64,000 bases of DNA, from NCBI RefSeq assembly GCF_963676685.1, contig NC_092351.1:88288001-88352000 (forward strand). The letters run 5' to 3'. A program made the translations under genes and the position numbers. The notes below the pieces were generated by a model that searched no databases, was not told the origin of the DNA, and saw nothing but the letters and a program-made list of their open reading frames with translations. This document shows, piece after piece, positions 38,497 to 52,500 of this stretch; positions within the stretch are counted from its first letter, which is position 1, and each line of letters begins with the position of its first letter. The DNA comes from Mytilus edulis (lineage: Eukaryota).

Positions 38497-41400
38497 CTAA
38501 AATTTAGATATGATTCATTATCTTGAATAAGTTGTGACGTATTATAAGAAGGATTGTCATGTCCATTGCATGGTCATATTTTCAATACAAATATTATAAA
38601 TCTTTCTTATTAAAACATATCTTGCTTTTGACAGAAAGGAGCATAATTATTTTTCTCGTGTGTGCATCTTCCCATCTGTTTGTTCGTCCTTCATCAAGTT
38701 TACGTTTTCACATTGGTTTAATTACAAAAAAGATGTCGTATGATGGCCATTGAGAAAACTCTTCACAAGAGACCAAATGATACAGATATTAACAACTACA
38801 GGTCACCTTACGGCCGTCAACAATGAGCAAAGCCCATACCGCATAGTCAGCTATAAAAGGCCCCAAAATGACAATGTAGAACAACTCAACCGAGAAAACT
38901 AATGGCCTTATTAATGTACAAAACATAAACGAAAAACAAATATGTAACACATAAACAAACGACAACCACTGAATTACAGGCTCCTGACTTGGGACAGACA
39001 CATGCATACAGAATGTGGCGGGGTTAAAATGTAAGCGGGATCCCAACACTCCCCTAACCTGGGTCAGTGGATTAACAGTACAACATAAGAACGAACTATA
39101 AAAAATCAGTTGAAAAAGGTTTAACCCATCAGATGGATAAAAATACAAATACTACAAATACAAGTGAACGTGGCCGGGTACTTTTACATCCCAACAACAA
39201 AAAGACACTAAGTACAGATCTGAGAGTACTCGTAGTTACTGACAGCTAGTTCAAAGCCACTAACAACTAATAAAAAAAAATCATGCATCTTAGACTTAAT
39301 TAGTAGAAGTAGAAGTTCACAATGCAATTTTGGTCACAGCAACTTGAAACATAATTGTACACCTTTTATTCTCAGTTTCGGCATATCAAAAGCGTTAAAG
39401 ATATGCTGAATACCTCTCCAATACACACACATACAATATACGGCTATGGGTTTAGTTTTATTTACATGCAATGGCATAACTAGAAGCTACAATACCTAAT
39501 ATAAATTATATGTTTCTGGATACAATTTGGTTAATCTTCTTTTGACCTAATCATGCCTGTAGGAAAAATTGAGAATCCCTGTCTATTTTTTCATAAATGC
39601 ATTCCATATGCTCCATTTTGACACTAACTTATTTCAAAGCCATTCTTCTTCTTCCAAAGACCCACGCCCTTTTCAGAATTCACTGGCAAAAATAACCAGT
39701 CTACTGAAGGTTTTGAGATTTGAAGATTAACTTACCGCCAAGATCTATCACCACATATTTTGTTCCTTTTTTAATTGTTGCTGAGAATGTTCTATCTGTC
39801 TTTTTATCAACATTAGTTCTAAGTTCCTGGCAATATATGGAGGCTGCTTCTGGTTCTAAAGCTATTATTAAATCTTTGCTTTTTATCCCCGCCTAGAAAA
39901 TAAACGTTAATTGGAAACACATAAAATTATGATAGATTGGTGGTTGCTAGTAGAAATAGTACATTTATATTTCGGACGATAACATGCTCTTTTTCATACC
40001 ACATCTTCTTTTTTTATATATATAACGAGATATACATATAAACTGGTGCGTACATGTACGTACTAGACTGACACGATGAAAGACAAAATCGACCACTCTT
40101 ACAGTATTAAATCTATGCCTTATTCTTAGCGGATGATTAGTAGCAAATGTCAATTTCAAAATCTTTGCTTTATCCGAGTGCGCGGGGATTGAATCTAGAG
40201 CCTTCTTAAGGTGGTATCCAACACCTTCCCTAAAATAAATTTGGCTCGTTTAATTTTCATAAAATTTTGAAAAAGTATTTACTTTGACCCTTTGAGAAAA
40301 ATATAAAAATGATCAATTTCCTTCAGTACTTGCAGGAAAAGACTTATATTGTGGATATGCATTTTTGTATATAAATATGAATATGTTAAATTGAATTTAT
40401 TAATTAGAATTTACTAATACCACCGTTATGAAAAGAGAAACTTGCGGCAACCTTTTTAATTCGCCAGTAGACCTGAAATTTGTTCACCACTGTTCGCCGC
40501 TAGCAGTGACCTTTCACCACAAACTATATAAGGGTGTCAAATTTTGCGGCAAGGCGACCGCAACCTTTATTATTTTTCATGATAAAAAGTCGCGGTGAAG
40601 TTGCCGCAAACTATTTGCACCAACCATACCGCTGTATTTGCCGCAGATCTGCCGCAACACTTCGTCAGAAGGCTGATTTTTAAGTAAGAGCACTTGTATA
40701 TTATTACAAACCTGTTCCGCTGCTTTCCTCATAAATATTTTAGACTGATCATCCCATATGGCCGGAACAGTAAGAACATAGTGTATATCTTTTGTTTTCA
40801 CATTCTTCAAACTTTTGATTAGCTTTCCAATTGCTTGGTCCTTTAAATATTTAATTGCAAAAGCAAAAATATCTATTGCCTTCATTTCTACACCATTTTG
40901 GTCTTTGATAAAAGTTTTCAAGTTTACCGCCTGCAATTAAGAAAGAAAAAAGAAGATATAAGGCCTCTTTTTCGACCCCTGGAATTTGAAAAAAAAACAA
41001 CATTATATTATAAATCATCTTTTGGTCCGTTTATAAATTAACAAAATACACTAAAAAATAAAACTGTCCCAGAAAACATACATCATTGGCTAAATATTCG
41101 TTTGTTTACGTTGACCGTTTCTGGTGAAAGTTTATCCAGAAATAGCTTTTGCGGGCGCATACAATTTATAAAGTGTTATTTTCAGGGCGGGTGGTTGTTA
41201 CAAAAATAGTCACTTTGATTTTTTTGACAATTACGATTTAATCGTTTGTTGACCAATGTCATTAACAGTTACAACTAGGACAGTTGTAATGCAGGAAAAG
41301 GGGGAAGAATCGCTGTTCCGTTAGATTGTCTCCCCTTTCCCTCCAAAACGTTAGTAAACTTGAATATCGGGGGACTGCCATCTTTCACTAGGGACTACTT

Positions 41401-44400
41401 TGTCTCGCTATTATGTATACGGGGATTCTAGCTTCTTTCGGAGAATCTGGGGAATACTAGCTCGCTCATGTTCAGGTCTATGTTATGCCTTCTCCTGGCG
41501 TTTCCCTCATCTCGGACACTTGTACTTTCGAGGCCTGGCGCTTATGAATAAAATACAATGATGTTTTAATTATTTATTCCAAACAGCAATCTACATTGAA
41601 GTGTGATATGTGATCTGTGATCTATTGATTTAGATAGTAAACTTTGTTTTAACTTATTTATGTTAATGAAAATCTTTTATATATTTAAGTTAAGTTTTAA
41701 ATACGAAACTAAGTTATTAAAGCAGAAGATAAATTCTTACTTTTAAAATTCAATTGAAAATAGTTTACACTTAAACAATTTACATACCTGGTGAATAAAA
41801 TACAATGATGTTTTAATTATTTATTCCAAACAGCAATCTACATTAAAGTGTGATATGTGATGTTGGAAGTTTGCGGTCTCCCCTTTTTAACCCCAACATC
41901 ACGTGCTGATTGGAATTATTTTATTCACCTATGAAATTTTAGCGTCAATTTTGAATTTTCTAAAGTTACTTTTTATTGGTCAACTATTCTCTTTTTATGT
42001 TATAAGATTTATATGATTGACATATATTTTATTTAGTTACGTAAAAGCAATTAAAGGATTATCAAAATCTTTACTTACTTGTCTCGGTTATTGTGTAGAA
42101 TGTCTCGGTTATTGTGTAGAATATTATGGGGTCAGTAAATTCCATATGGGATGAGAGCGAAGCTCGAATCCCCATATGGAATTTACTGACCCCATATATA
42201 CCGTATTACGTCACTAGCACACTATGTAACGAATTTATCTTACCGACTATCTTAACGTGTGAAATTAAGACTAGTGATTCTCAAAACGAGCAAGTCTTCA
42301 ATACTGTTAGCGCTAGGAAAATACTTCCATTAATCCTACAAAAACAGATGCCAACAATAACGACTTGTAAGGTTTAAATGTGTTTTATGAATTTGTTTCA
42401 ATCTGGATCATCAATTTCTTCGTCTGTTGGAACTTTTAAGATTTTTTCTCAGTACCGTTTTGTTTTTTACAAAGGGACATAACACCATTACTAACCGTGT
42501 ATTAAATAAGCCCCGCCCCCTTCTTACCTAATAAGGAATATAAAGGGACGTAACTCCACTACTAACCGTGTATGAGATAAACCCCGCCTCCCTACTAACC
42601 TAATATCAAATATACACGGTTTGCACGCGGACGCTTTTAACCAATCATATTCCTGGAAATGTATAGGAGGTAAGATAAAGGTATATACTATGAAAATTAG
42701 AGCGAGGGGCTTTGCCCCAAGCTCTTATTTTCATAGTATATACCTTTCTATACAATAACCGAGACTTATTTCTCAACGTCAGATTAATAGCTATGATCAA
42801 AAGAACTCTAGAAATGAGATTAACTATATTATTTACAAAAAGACGAAACTATTTATAACTTAATCTTACGTCACATACTTTGTCTTGGAGCTTTAGCAAT
42901 GCGATTTAATTCAATTTTATTTATTTATTAGTTTATTTCTCTAAGTTTACATTATTTTATTTTCCTTTTCTAACATACATTTTTCCATCATTATACAGTG
43001 ACCCTCTATCCATGTCGTAGATACATGTAACATAGCATGGACCAAGGATTTGTATGGTGAATAAATAAGTTACTATACAAAACCTTGTATGGACTATAAA
43101 CTAGGCATTCCTTTTCAATTTTCAATAGTAAAAAGAAATCGCAAAATGGTATTCATGAATACATGCATGTAGTTATTTGCAATAAAAATGCATAATAATT
43201 ATAGTAATCGGTATTTTACGAAAATATCGTTTGATCTTATGCACTGATAGTCTATAATTCTATTCATCTGCGAAGATTCTGAATATCAAATGACATAGAC
43301 TTATTTCATTATTCATATCCTAATTGTTCTTCTAACGATGAGTTCAAATACGAATAAAATACGATAGAATGTTTTAACATATTAATGTCTGAGTTATGCC
43401 GCTTTGTCCAAAGATCATTACTTGAAATCGACAAAGAAAAATTGCAATAGACTATGACATCCATTTTTTAAAGACCTTTCCCAGATGTCGATATCCCGGC
43501 GCATTAAAATCCAATAACCTTCACAGATATCGATATCAATGTGAATCAAATACCCTTCCCAGATGTCGATATCCACGTGCATAAAATCAAATACCCTTCC
43601 CAGATGTCGATATCCACGTGCATAAAATCCAATACCCTTCCCAGATGTCGATATCCACGTGCATAAAATCCAATACCCTTCCCAGATGTCGATATCCACA
43701 TGCATAAAATCCAATACCCTTCCCAGATGTCGATATTCACGTGCATAAAATTCCAAGACCCTTTACAGATGTCGATATCCACGTGCATAAAAACCCATTA
43801 CCCTTCCCAAATGTCGATTACCCCGTGCATATAAATATAAATACCTTTTCAAGATTTCAATTACCCCGTGTAAAAAAATCAATTAACCTTCCCGGATGTC
43901 GATTACCCCGTGCATAAAAATCTATTACCCTTCCCCGATGTCGATATCCCTGTGCATGATAATCCATTATTCCTTCCCCGGTGTCGATATCCCCGGGCAT
44001 AATAGTTATAAACCTTCCTCGATGTTGATAACCCCGTGCTTAATAATTCACCACCCTTCCAAACTATATTTTTTTTTCAAAAAAAAAAAAAAAAATTAAG
44101 AAATAATACAAGAATTTTTAAAATGAGATGCAGCCTATAAATCGTTAAAAACATAAAAACGGCCTAATACATGACAAATCAATTGTTTTGCGAACAAGAC
44201 CAATCATAATTGAAGAAAATAATAATTATCAAAATTGATCACAAGAAATCCAAGAATCATTTTGGCCTTTGAGTGCAAGACTGTCCGTGCCTTCAATTAA
44301 CTCTATAAATGACAGGAAATAGCAATTACTCGAAAAAAAAATAAACAAAAACTATATGACACAAAATGCTGGATACTAAACATCTCATTTCTTATAAGAG

Positions 44401-44870
44401 CTAGCTGATCGATAAAAAAAAATGTTGATCAAAGAGGTGAAAAATATCAACTGAATTCAATTGGGTTATTTTCAAAATGAAAAAAAAAAAATCAATTAAC
44501 AGTACAAGTACTTGTATATGTAAAAATATAACCCAATCCAAATTACCTTATCGTGAAGTTCCATCTTAAACCGGCTAAAATAACGAAATACGTCCTTGCT
44601 TTTTTTTTTGTCATTGTCATCTGAGTCTGAATCTGAATCCGAGTCATCCTCGAGACTAGTCATAAATTTGTTCTCTGCATCAAACCCAAATGCTACAAAC
44701 TGGTTGTCCTCGTCAATAAGAACGGATGTCGGAGCTTTCCTGGATAGTAAATTATTATTGCTCCATTCGCACGTGTATAAGGTTTCGGGAGAATTTCGGG
44801 CTGAAAATGCATACCCAGAATATGTCGTTCCAAAATCAATTGCAGCCACAAAAAGTTTGGCAGAACCCAT
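37445..44870 (-). CDS. HSPA12: Heat shock 70 kDa protein 12-like (HSPA12 family), ~583 aa; exons 44870-44547, 40930-40712, 39892-39736, 38496-37445
   Basis: VAAIDFGTTYSGYAFS, VLTVPAIW, IALEPEAASIYC, VIDLGGGTADIT, GGDWGG, MVGGFSEC, AVLRGAVLFG, RNTYG. GT-AG introns in phases 0, 0, 1. The spliced length of 1752 nt is a whole number of codons. Confidence 0.93.
39736..39892 (-). CDS. HSPA12: HSPA12-like gene 1, coding exon 3
   Basis: AGIKSKDLIIALEPEAASIYCQEL..KYVVIDLG|gtaagt (too short for the ORF track). Confidence 0.9.
40712..40930 (-). CDS. HSPA12: HSPA12-like gene 1, coding exon 2
   Basis: AVNLKTFIKDQNG..YVLTVPAIWDDQSKIFMRKAAEQ|gtttgt. Confidence 0.9.
42081..42768. mobile_element. Intronic non-autonomous element with short inverted ends and two long subterminal hairpins
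   Basis: GTCTCGGTTATTGTGTAGAA / TTCTATACAATAACCGAGAC ends. Hairpins at 42125-42196 and 42678-42746. Confidence 0.6.
43478..44060. repeat. 41-bp minisatellite, ~14 copies
   Basis: Unit ATACCCTTCCCAGATGTCGATATCCACGTGCATAAAATCCA. Period measured at 43551, 43592, 43633. Confidence 0.92.
44547..44870 (-). CDS. HSPA12: HSPA12-like gene 1, coding exon 1
   Basis: MGSAKLFVAAIDFGTTYSGYAFS..FKMELHDK|gtaatt. Confidence 0.9.
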
Positions 44871-46543
44871 TTCGTGGCTGGAAAATAAATGTTATTAAAT
44901 ATTAATGTTTCATGATATAAAAATAAAAAGATGCGGTATGATTGACAATGAGACAACTATCCATGAAACCCCAAATAACACAGAAATTAACAACTATAGG
45001 TCACTATGCATAAAAGAACTACTTTTATTTGTGTTCTGCTACTTTTTTTTAATGTTTCTTTTCTTTTTTAGGCGGGAGGGAGGGGAGCGGGTATACACAT
45101 GTAATGTAATTTCGTTTTAAATCAGATACTCAACATGTTGCAACTGATCTTTACTTTTATATTTTAAAAACACACGTTAGATCTGTTCTTTTACTCAGAA
45201 ATCACATGTTATTGTCTTTATCATCTTCATACAGAGATTGTGGTAAACTCGATCTTTCATTTTATATTTGTAAAATGTTCAGTTAATAATTAATATGCAT
45301 CTTTCAAATATAAAACAACTTTACTCTATTGACTAACGGGGCATAATATAGTAATATTATTGATCCTCTTCTAAGATTTAGACAAAGTATAACATGTCCA
45401 CTATGTACTTTATTTGGCCTTTTAAACCCTTTTTTTATTCGAGCGTCACTGATGAGTCTTTGTAGTTCCTAACGTCGTAACTAGTCTACAATCCCCTTCC
45501 CTTTCATGAATGTGACCTACCGAATTAGACTATTTACCGGATTTGTTATCACATAAGCATCACGACGGGTGCCACATGTGGAGCAGGATCTGCTTACCCT
45601 TCTGGAGTACCTGAGATAGCCCCTTGTTTTTGATGGGGTTCGTGTTGCTTATTCTTTAGTTTTCTATGTTGTGTCATATGTGTACTATTGTCTGTCTGTT
45701 TGTCTTTTTTTATTTTTAGCCATGGCGTTGTCAGTTTATTTTCGATTTATGAGTTTGACTGTCCCTCTGGTATCTTTCGTCCCTCTTTTGTAGACGGAAC
45801 ACGCGTCAGGCGTAAATACAAAATTTATCCTGGTATCTATGATGAGTGTATTTACAACAACTGGGTTGGGTGCCACTGCTGGTGAAGTTTTAATTCCCCG
45901 AGGGTATCACCAGCCCAGTAGTCAGCACTTCTATACTGACATGAATTATCATTGATATTGTCATATTTATAAATTAGCTGCATGTTTACAAAACTTTTCA
46001 ATGTTTGAAATACTATATAAGGCTTTTCTACCTCAGGAATAGATTACCTTAGCTGTATTTTGGTAACTTTTAGGAATTTTGGTCCTCAATGCTCTTCAGT
46101 TATGTACTATATACGGCCTTTATAACCCTTTTATTTTATTCGAGCGTCACGAATGAGTCTTTTGTAGACGAAACGTGCGTCTGGCGTAAATACATCTAGT
46201 ATGATGAGTTTATGTATACATACTGAGAGGAGGAAGGATGCTACTTTCGGTTTCGATAATTAAATATTTAAAAACATAATTATTATCAGTTAAATTCATA
46301 TTTCAATATTTTATTTTTTGTTACTGAGTGCATAAAGTTCAATTTAAAAACTATTTTAGTATTTAACGATAAGTTTGAGAACTGTGACACCAGATTAACA
46401 TAGTTACACATGAATAACTAGTACTAAACTACGGTAACCATGAATATACCAGTGTTTGTGATCTTAAGATCTAAATATTTTTAAATGTCTAAAAATAACC
46501 ATTCAATATGCAAATTATACTTCAAATAATTCATTCTACTCAC

Positions 46544-46680
46544 CTGTCCTTTCCCTTTTCATCTTGTTGTGTACTTTTTGCCATAGTTCGTAAATGGGAA
46601 GTAAATAATAATATAAGGGAAACAACTCAATGTGAATTATGAACCATTTCAACCAGAGGCAACTGATAACCTATTTATAC
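46544..46680 (-). promoter_or_regulatory. Candidate non-coding first exon and TATA box of HSPA12-like gene 1
   Basis: Minus-strand TATAAATA near 46672-46679, donor CAG|GTGAGT at 46543, and an acceptor at 44878-44879 just before the ATG. Confidence 0.4.
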
Positions 46681-48669
46681 TAATAAACAGCAGACTTTTA
46701 AATGAGAAAACTTGTCCGTCACATACAGTACATACAGTACGAGACGAGTTAAAAAAAAAAAGACAGTAGAAACCCGTTTTAATCTAGCTTAGACCAAAGT
46801 GGTAAATTTTCAACAACATAGTCACTGTGACGTTTAATATATAACATTTCCTTGAAAGTTTTGAACGCAGTGTTTGTGAAGTGGATGGTCCTAAATGACA
46901 GCAATTTAAAATTTGATGTAATTCAATACAGGAGAAAGGCCGTTTAGACAAATTTTTGGCCAAGAAAAAGTTTTTTTTTGTATCATTTTTAACTACCAAA
47001 TATTAAATTTTGATCGTATAATTTATTGCATTGCATAAAAAATAGATAATTATTACTAAAAACAATATCAATAATGTGAAATAATATCAGATTTACTTCA
47101 TCATTATTTAAAGAATGAGGGAGTATGCTGAATTTATTCCATTCATTTAAAAAAAAAATGAAACAAATATCTTTGATTATAGCTATTTGCGTTATCCCAT
47201 ATCATATACGTGCTTTTGGTATCCAAATAATTTGCTATCCAAAATTTATTCAAAATATGATACCGATCTAGAAATTTTTTACGACACACGAACTATACAA
47301 ATAAACGTCATGATTGTTGCCATTGCCATAGATGTAATACATCTATGCCATTGCTAACTCATCAAATGAAAAATCAAGTTTTTGTATTATTTATGTTAAA
47401 AAGATATTATGTATTTTGACAGATCTATATCATTCGTCATAATGAATTTATGTTTTTGATAATGATTTCCAGAAAAAGTAATAGCGAATTATTGAAATAT
47501 CTTTAAACTTAGAAATATCCTGCTTCCCGGACCGTACTAGCCTTTGCTTGAATGATATATACAAACAATGATAAAAATGCGACGTCACTAATGTATTTGA
47601 TCAATCGATTGTCAGGTCAAGTAAAAATAAATATCTATATTTAAATGACAAGAAAGGTTTAGGATTTTATCATCGTTTTGATAAGTAAAAGCTGTAGGTT
47701 CCGAATGGTATAAAATGAACATGTATATTCATGTATACATACTAGATATGTCGCAAAAAAATAAATAAATGAATCCTTTCTTGATAACAGTGACAAGCAA
47801 GGGGTGGTTTTGCCTGTCCCTTATTTTGTGTTAATCATATAATAACGCACGTAACCGAGATTCGCATTGGAATATATATAATATCTTATTGCTTTTGAAA
47901 GGGGGAGGTAGAGTGCACATGCATGCAACTCTGCAAATTGATGCCTTAAAAGCATAAGCGATTCAATGCGTATTTTATATTTGCATTATATTTTCATTAA
48001 AGAATACGATTTCCAAACAAGTACCATTTTTTGAATGATTGAAACCTCAGATTGAAACCGTATTAAAGATAGGTGTCCTACTTCCTAAACAAATATTATC
48101 GAGCAAATATTAATTATTAAGTATGCAAAATATATCCTTTCAAGACCAAAGAAGCTGGAAAAAGACAAACAGTCAAAACTTTACATATATAAATTGCATG
48201 TACACATATTTAGATTATTTTAATTACTTAAATTTTACGACTTTCAAAGTAAACACAATATCTATTATGAACATTTCAATTTTACTTCCTCGATGCCTTT
48301 TCGACGAACATGGCGACGAATGAAAATAATTCTCTCATTTAGACGTCAAAGGCATCATTTCGTCAACAAAGCAAGGTATTTTCAATAATTTTCAAGTTTA
48401 TTTTTCAACATAAGTTTATAGTTTTGATTGCAATGTTTGTTTGTGAAAACGAAAGTTGTGGACCGGATCATTGAGTAAAACATATCGTTTGGTACTTCGG
48501 TGGGCATTTCTAATTTACAGTTGATGATTAGATAAAAGATATATATAACATGGTTAAGGGTATAGAACCAAATGATGTATAAAAGTATAAACCAAAATGT
48601 TTATATAACACCTTCTTTCAGTAACGTTGAATAGTCGCTTTAAGCCTTATATTGTCTGTACTTTGTGTC

Positions 48670-48706
<37 letters not shown>

Positions 48707-49223
48707 TGAGAATGGAAATTGGGAATGCGTCAAAGCGACAACAACCCGACCATAGTGCAGACAACAGCCGAAGGCCACCAAAAGGTCTTCAATGTAGCGA
48801 GAAACTCGTACATCCGTTTATGTTGTTTTGTTTGTTTTTGCTTCTTTCTAATCTTGTGAGTTGAGCCATTTGGACTGCAGTTACAGCTTATTCTAATGAT
48901 GTGATGTAACACCACTGTCACAGGAAAGTAGGGACAAACATGTTTAACCTCGTCATGTTTTCTTGGTCAGGAGTCTGTTGTGGTTGTCGTTTGATAATAT
49001 CTGAAATTTTCGATTGTTTCTAACTTGGAAGTTCAGCGGCCGATATCAGAGCGTAGAACGGTATTGTACATATATGGTTTACTAAGAATTTTTGTTAACT
49101 TAAAATGATTCATAAATAAAACCAATACATGTAGTTACAGTTATATTGGACTCCCTTTTAAAACAAATATGTAATGGTATATTTTAGGTGATGTTTAACA
49201 GAGGAAAATAGAAAAAGAAGAAA

Positions 49224-49523
49224 ATGGCACATTTAGGAAACAGTATATTTGTTGTAGCAATTGATTTTGGAACAACATATTCCGGTTATGCATTCGCTTC
49301 TAAACAGGATTTTGCGAATGACCCACCAAAATACAGTACCAGTGCGTGGCAAGGGAGCAGACTGTTGTCACTGAAAGCACCAACTGCAGTCTTGCTCAAT
49401 GGAAATAAAGAATTAGTTGCTTTCGGGTACGACGCAGAAAATCAGTTTTCAGAATTGCTGTCAAACGACGATCATGAGGATTATTATTACTTCCATCAAT
49501 TCAAAATGTTACTACACAATCAA
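49224..49523 (+). CDS. HSPA12: HSPA12-like gene 2, coding exon 1
   Basis: MAHLGNSIFVVAIDFGTTYSGY..FKMLLHNQ|gtatgt. Confidence 0.9.
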
Positions 49524-52500
49524 GTATGTATCTATTTCAAGTCCTCAAACATATAGAACAATATTTTGTAACCATTTAAGAGGGTCTGAATGGGTTTACT
49601 GAGATTCTAGACCAATGGGCTAAAAAAAGTGTTCAAAAATAATAAAGAAAACAGAAAAATTGTTAAAGAAAAAAAAAGAGTAGAAAATAATGGAGAAAAC
49701 AAATATAGAATAGAGAAAACTGTTTATTTCTTTTTAAATAAAGAAAGGTTACAATTACGTTTGTAACAAAGCTTTTAAGCTTGATGGTTACACGTGATTT
49801 AACATTAAAGCCGAAGAGACAGAAATTCAACACTAAAAAGTGGTAAAATTTAAACTATTAAAACCAACACAATATAATTGATCATTTCTATTTAAGTCCG
49901 GCAGATAAATGAAAAAATTGTGAGTTTGATGATTAGAGCTCCAAATTTGACATGGTAGCAGATTTAGATGTTTCAATCAATATTAACTATGGTCACACTT
50001 TAAAATATGGCGGCTATTTCCAAGATGGCCACCATAAAATATGAAAATCAACATAAATCACATATATAAGTTCACATTTAAGGTCAAATTTGACATGGCA
50101 GTTATATTGAGTATTTCAAAAATATTAGCTGTGTACCATATTTGAAATTTTAGTAAGGTGACTTAAAATAATCTTATTGACAAACCAACATGTAGTGTGG
50201 TATAACATTTTGTTTAAATTTCAAACTTCCTTCTTAGTTGTCCCCATCTATCATTGGAAAAACAAAGTTTCATAGATGATCGACACTGAAGTTTAATAAT
50301 GACCAAATATGATGGTCGGTTGATAACAAAACTGTACGACAAAAGAGTTGATATCATCTTTCAAATTGTGAACTTTCCATTTCTATGTAGAAATATTAAT
50401 GCAGCGCCTGCACACGAGGTATATATCTCCCATTTGATACGATATTCAAGGGCTTGTATTTTCAATCATGAATTCTTGATAAAGGATTATGGGTTACTGC
50501 TTACAGGGAAGCTATTCAACTAAGAGTTCCAAGTGGTGAAGTTAAAATTGTTTATTCGTAAACGAGTTGGTTGATTGTTATGGAATATCCGTTTCACAGA
50601 TGACAACGGATATGTTACATTTATTGTAACTATAATCCCGTCCCCTTTTCCCCGAATTTGACATAACAAATTAGACTTATCGATGGATTTGAAATAACAT
50701 GGGTAACACGACGGGTGTCATATGTAGAGCAGGATATACTTATCCTGTCGGAAATTTTGAAATCACCCTTAGTTTTTGGTGGGGTTCGTGTTGCTCATGC
50801 AGTCTTTGGTTGCATATGTTGTGTTGTGTGTTGTGTTTTGTGTATTCTATTGGTCTGTTTAACCTTTTTTAGCCATGGCGTTGTCAGTTTATTTTCGACT
50901 TATGAGTTTGAATGTCCCTTTGGTATCCTTCGCCTCTCTTTTAAACACAAAACTCTGTAATTCCAGTATAAAAGACACAACAAATGAATGTTTAAGCAAA
51001 TCAATGAAAATATCGTATGATTAATGCTCACATTTACTAAATGCAAGCTTAAATTATGTATTACATGACTGTTAATGCTTGGTTACCTATCATTTTATTA
51101 TATTTTTGAACATATTACATTTATGTACTACATGTTGGCAAAGTATGAACAATTTCTATATTTGTTTTTATTTAAATACTCCCATACCACCTTATGAAGA
51201 ACGTGACGTTACAGCCATGCAATAAAAACGTTTTAGTTTTCAAGTTTTCTCTTTTTATGTGCTGCGCTCATTAGTACACAAGAAATTATACTTTAAAAAA
51301 ATAGACATTATTCTGAGATTATTTTTTTTTTTAAATTATGAAAATGTGAATATTTTGTAATGTTTTAGAGAGTCACCAGGACAACAGAGATTAAAGATGT
51401 GTCAAAAAAATCAATGCAGGCGATTAAAGTTTTCAGCCTTGCCATAGAATACTTGAAGAATCACTTGTTGGAGAAAATACAACAACGTCTGAAAAATGCC
51501 TTACAAGATGATGATTTATACTTTGTTCTAACAGTTCCAGCAATTTGGGACGATCCTTCGAAACAGTTTATGAGAGAGGCGGCCGAAGCAGTAAGTTTTA
51601 TATGTTTATCACTGAACTAGTAGATCTACATTTTTGTTTAGAGACCAACTCCTTCGAGTGTTGAAATTTCTCGCTGCATTGAAGACCCATTGGTGGCCTT
51701 CGGTTGGGTTGTTGTCTCTTTGACACATTCCTCGTTTCCATTCTCAATTATATTATCTGTACCTCTGCCCTCTTTGGATTGGACATAGTATAAAGTACAC
51801 ATTCAACAGTAACAATACAACCTACATATAAGATCAATACATTCATCAAAATGACACATACATATACGATCAACTTAAAAATACAACATACATTGGTGGC
51901 CTTCGCCTGTTTTTCTATATTCTTTGTTCGGATTGTTGTCTCTTTAGAACATTCCATATTTCCATTCTCAATTTTATTTATTATTTGTTTTTAAATCATA
52001 TATACATCAAGTAGCTGCACTAAATAAAGTATTCATATAATTTGATACTATGTAGCTTTTATAGTATTTCAAAGAAAATGATTGTTACAGTATTTTCGAA
52101 TAGATCTACCTTGCTACTTTTTTTTTATTGTCAGGGGCTGGTCCAGGTAAGGACATGATGGGCGTACGCTCCCTTTAAAAAAGATATATAAAATATAAAT
52201 GCACCAAGTCAGGAACCGTTACATAAGTTTTGTTTTTTTTGCAAAAAAAGGTTCAAATTTTTGTTATGATTTTATTCTAAGGGGGCCCCCTCTTTCAAAT
52301 ATCCTAGAAACGCCCCCGATTGTTTATGGTATTCGTTCCAAACCTTGATTGCAAAATTATGAGTATTATAAGTATTGGGTCTATGTCGTATTGAGGGACA
52401 TATCGTATTTTGTCATGTGTAAGTCATTAAAATGACTGTCTCAAGCGAGGCGCCTGTAATTCAGTTGTGTCGTGGTTGCTATATTTCATATTTTTTGTTT

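Noticed and set aside
43418-43788. Repetitive ORFs on the minus strand
   Set aside because: Minisatellite translations inside an HSPA12 intron.
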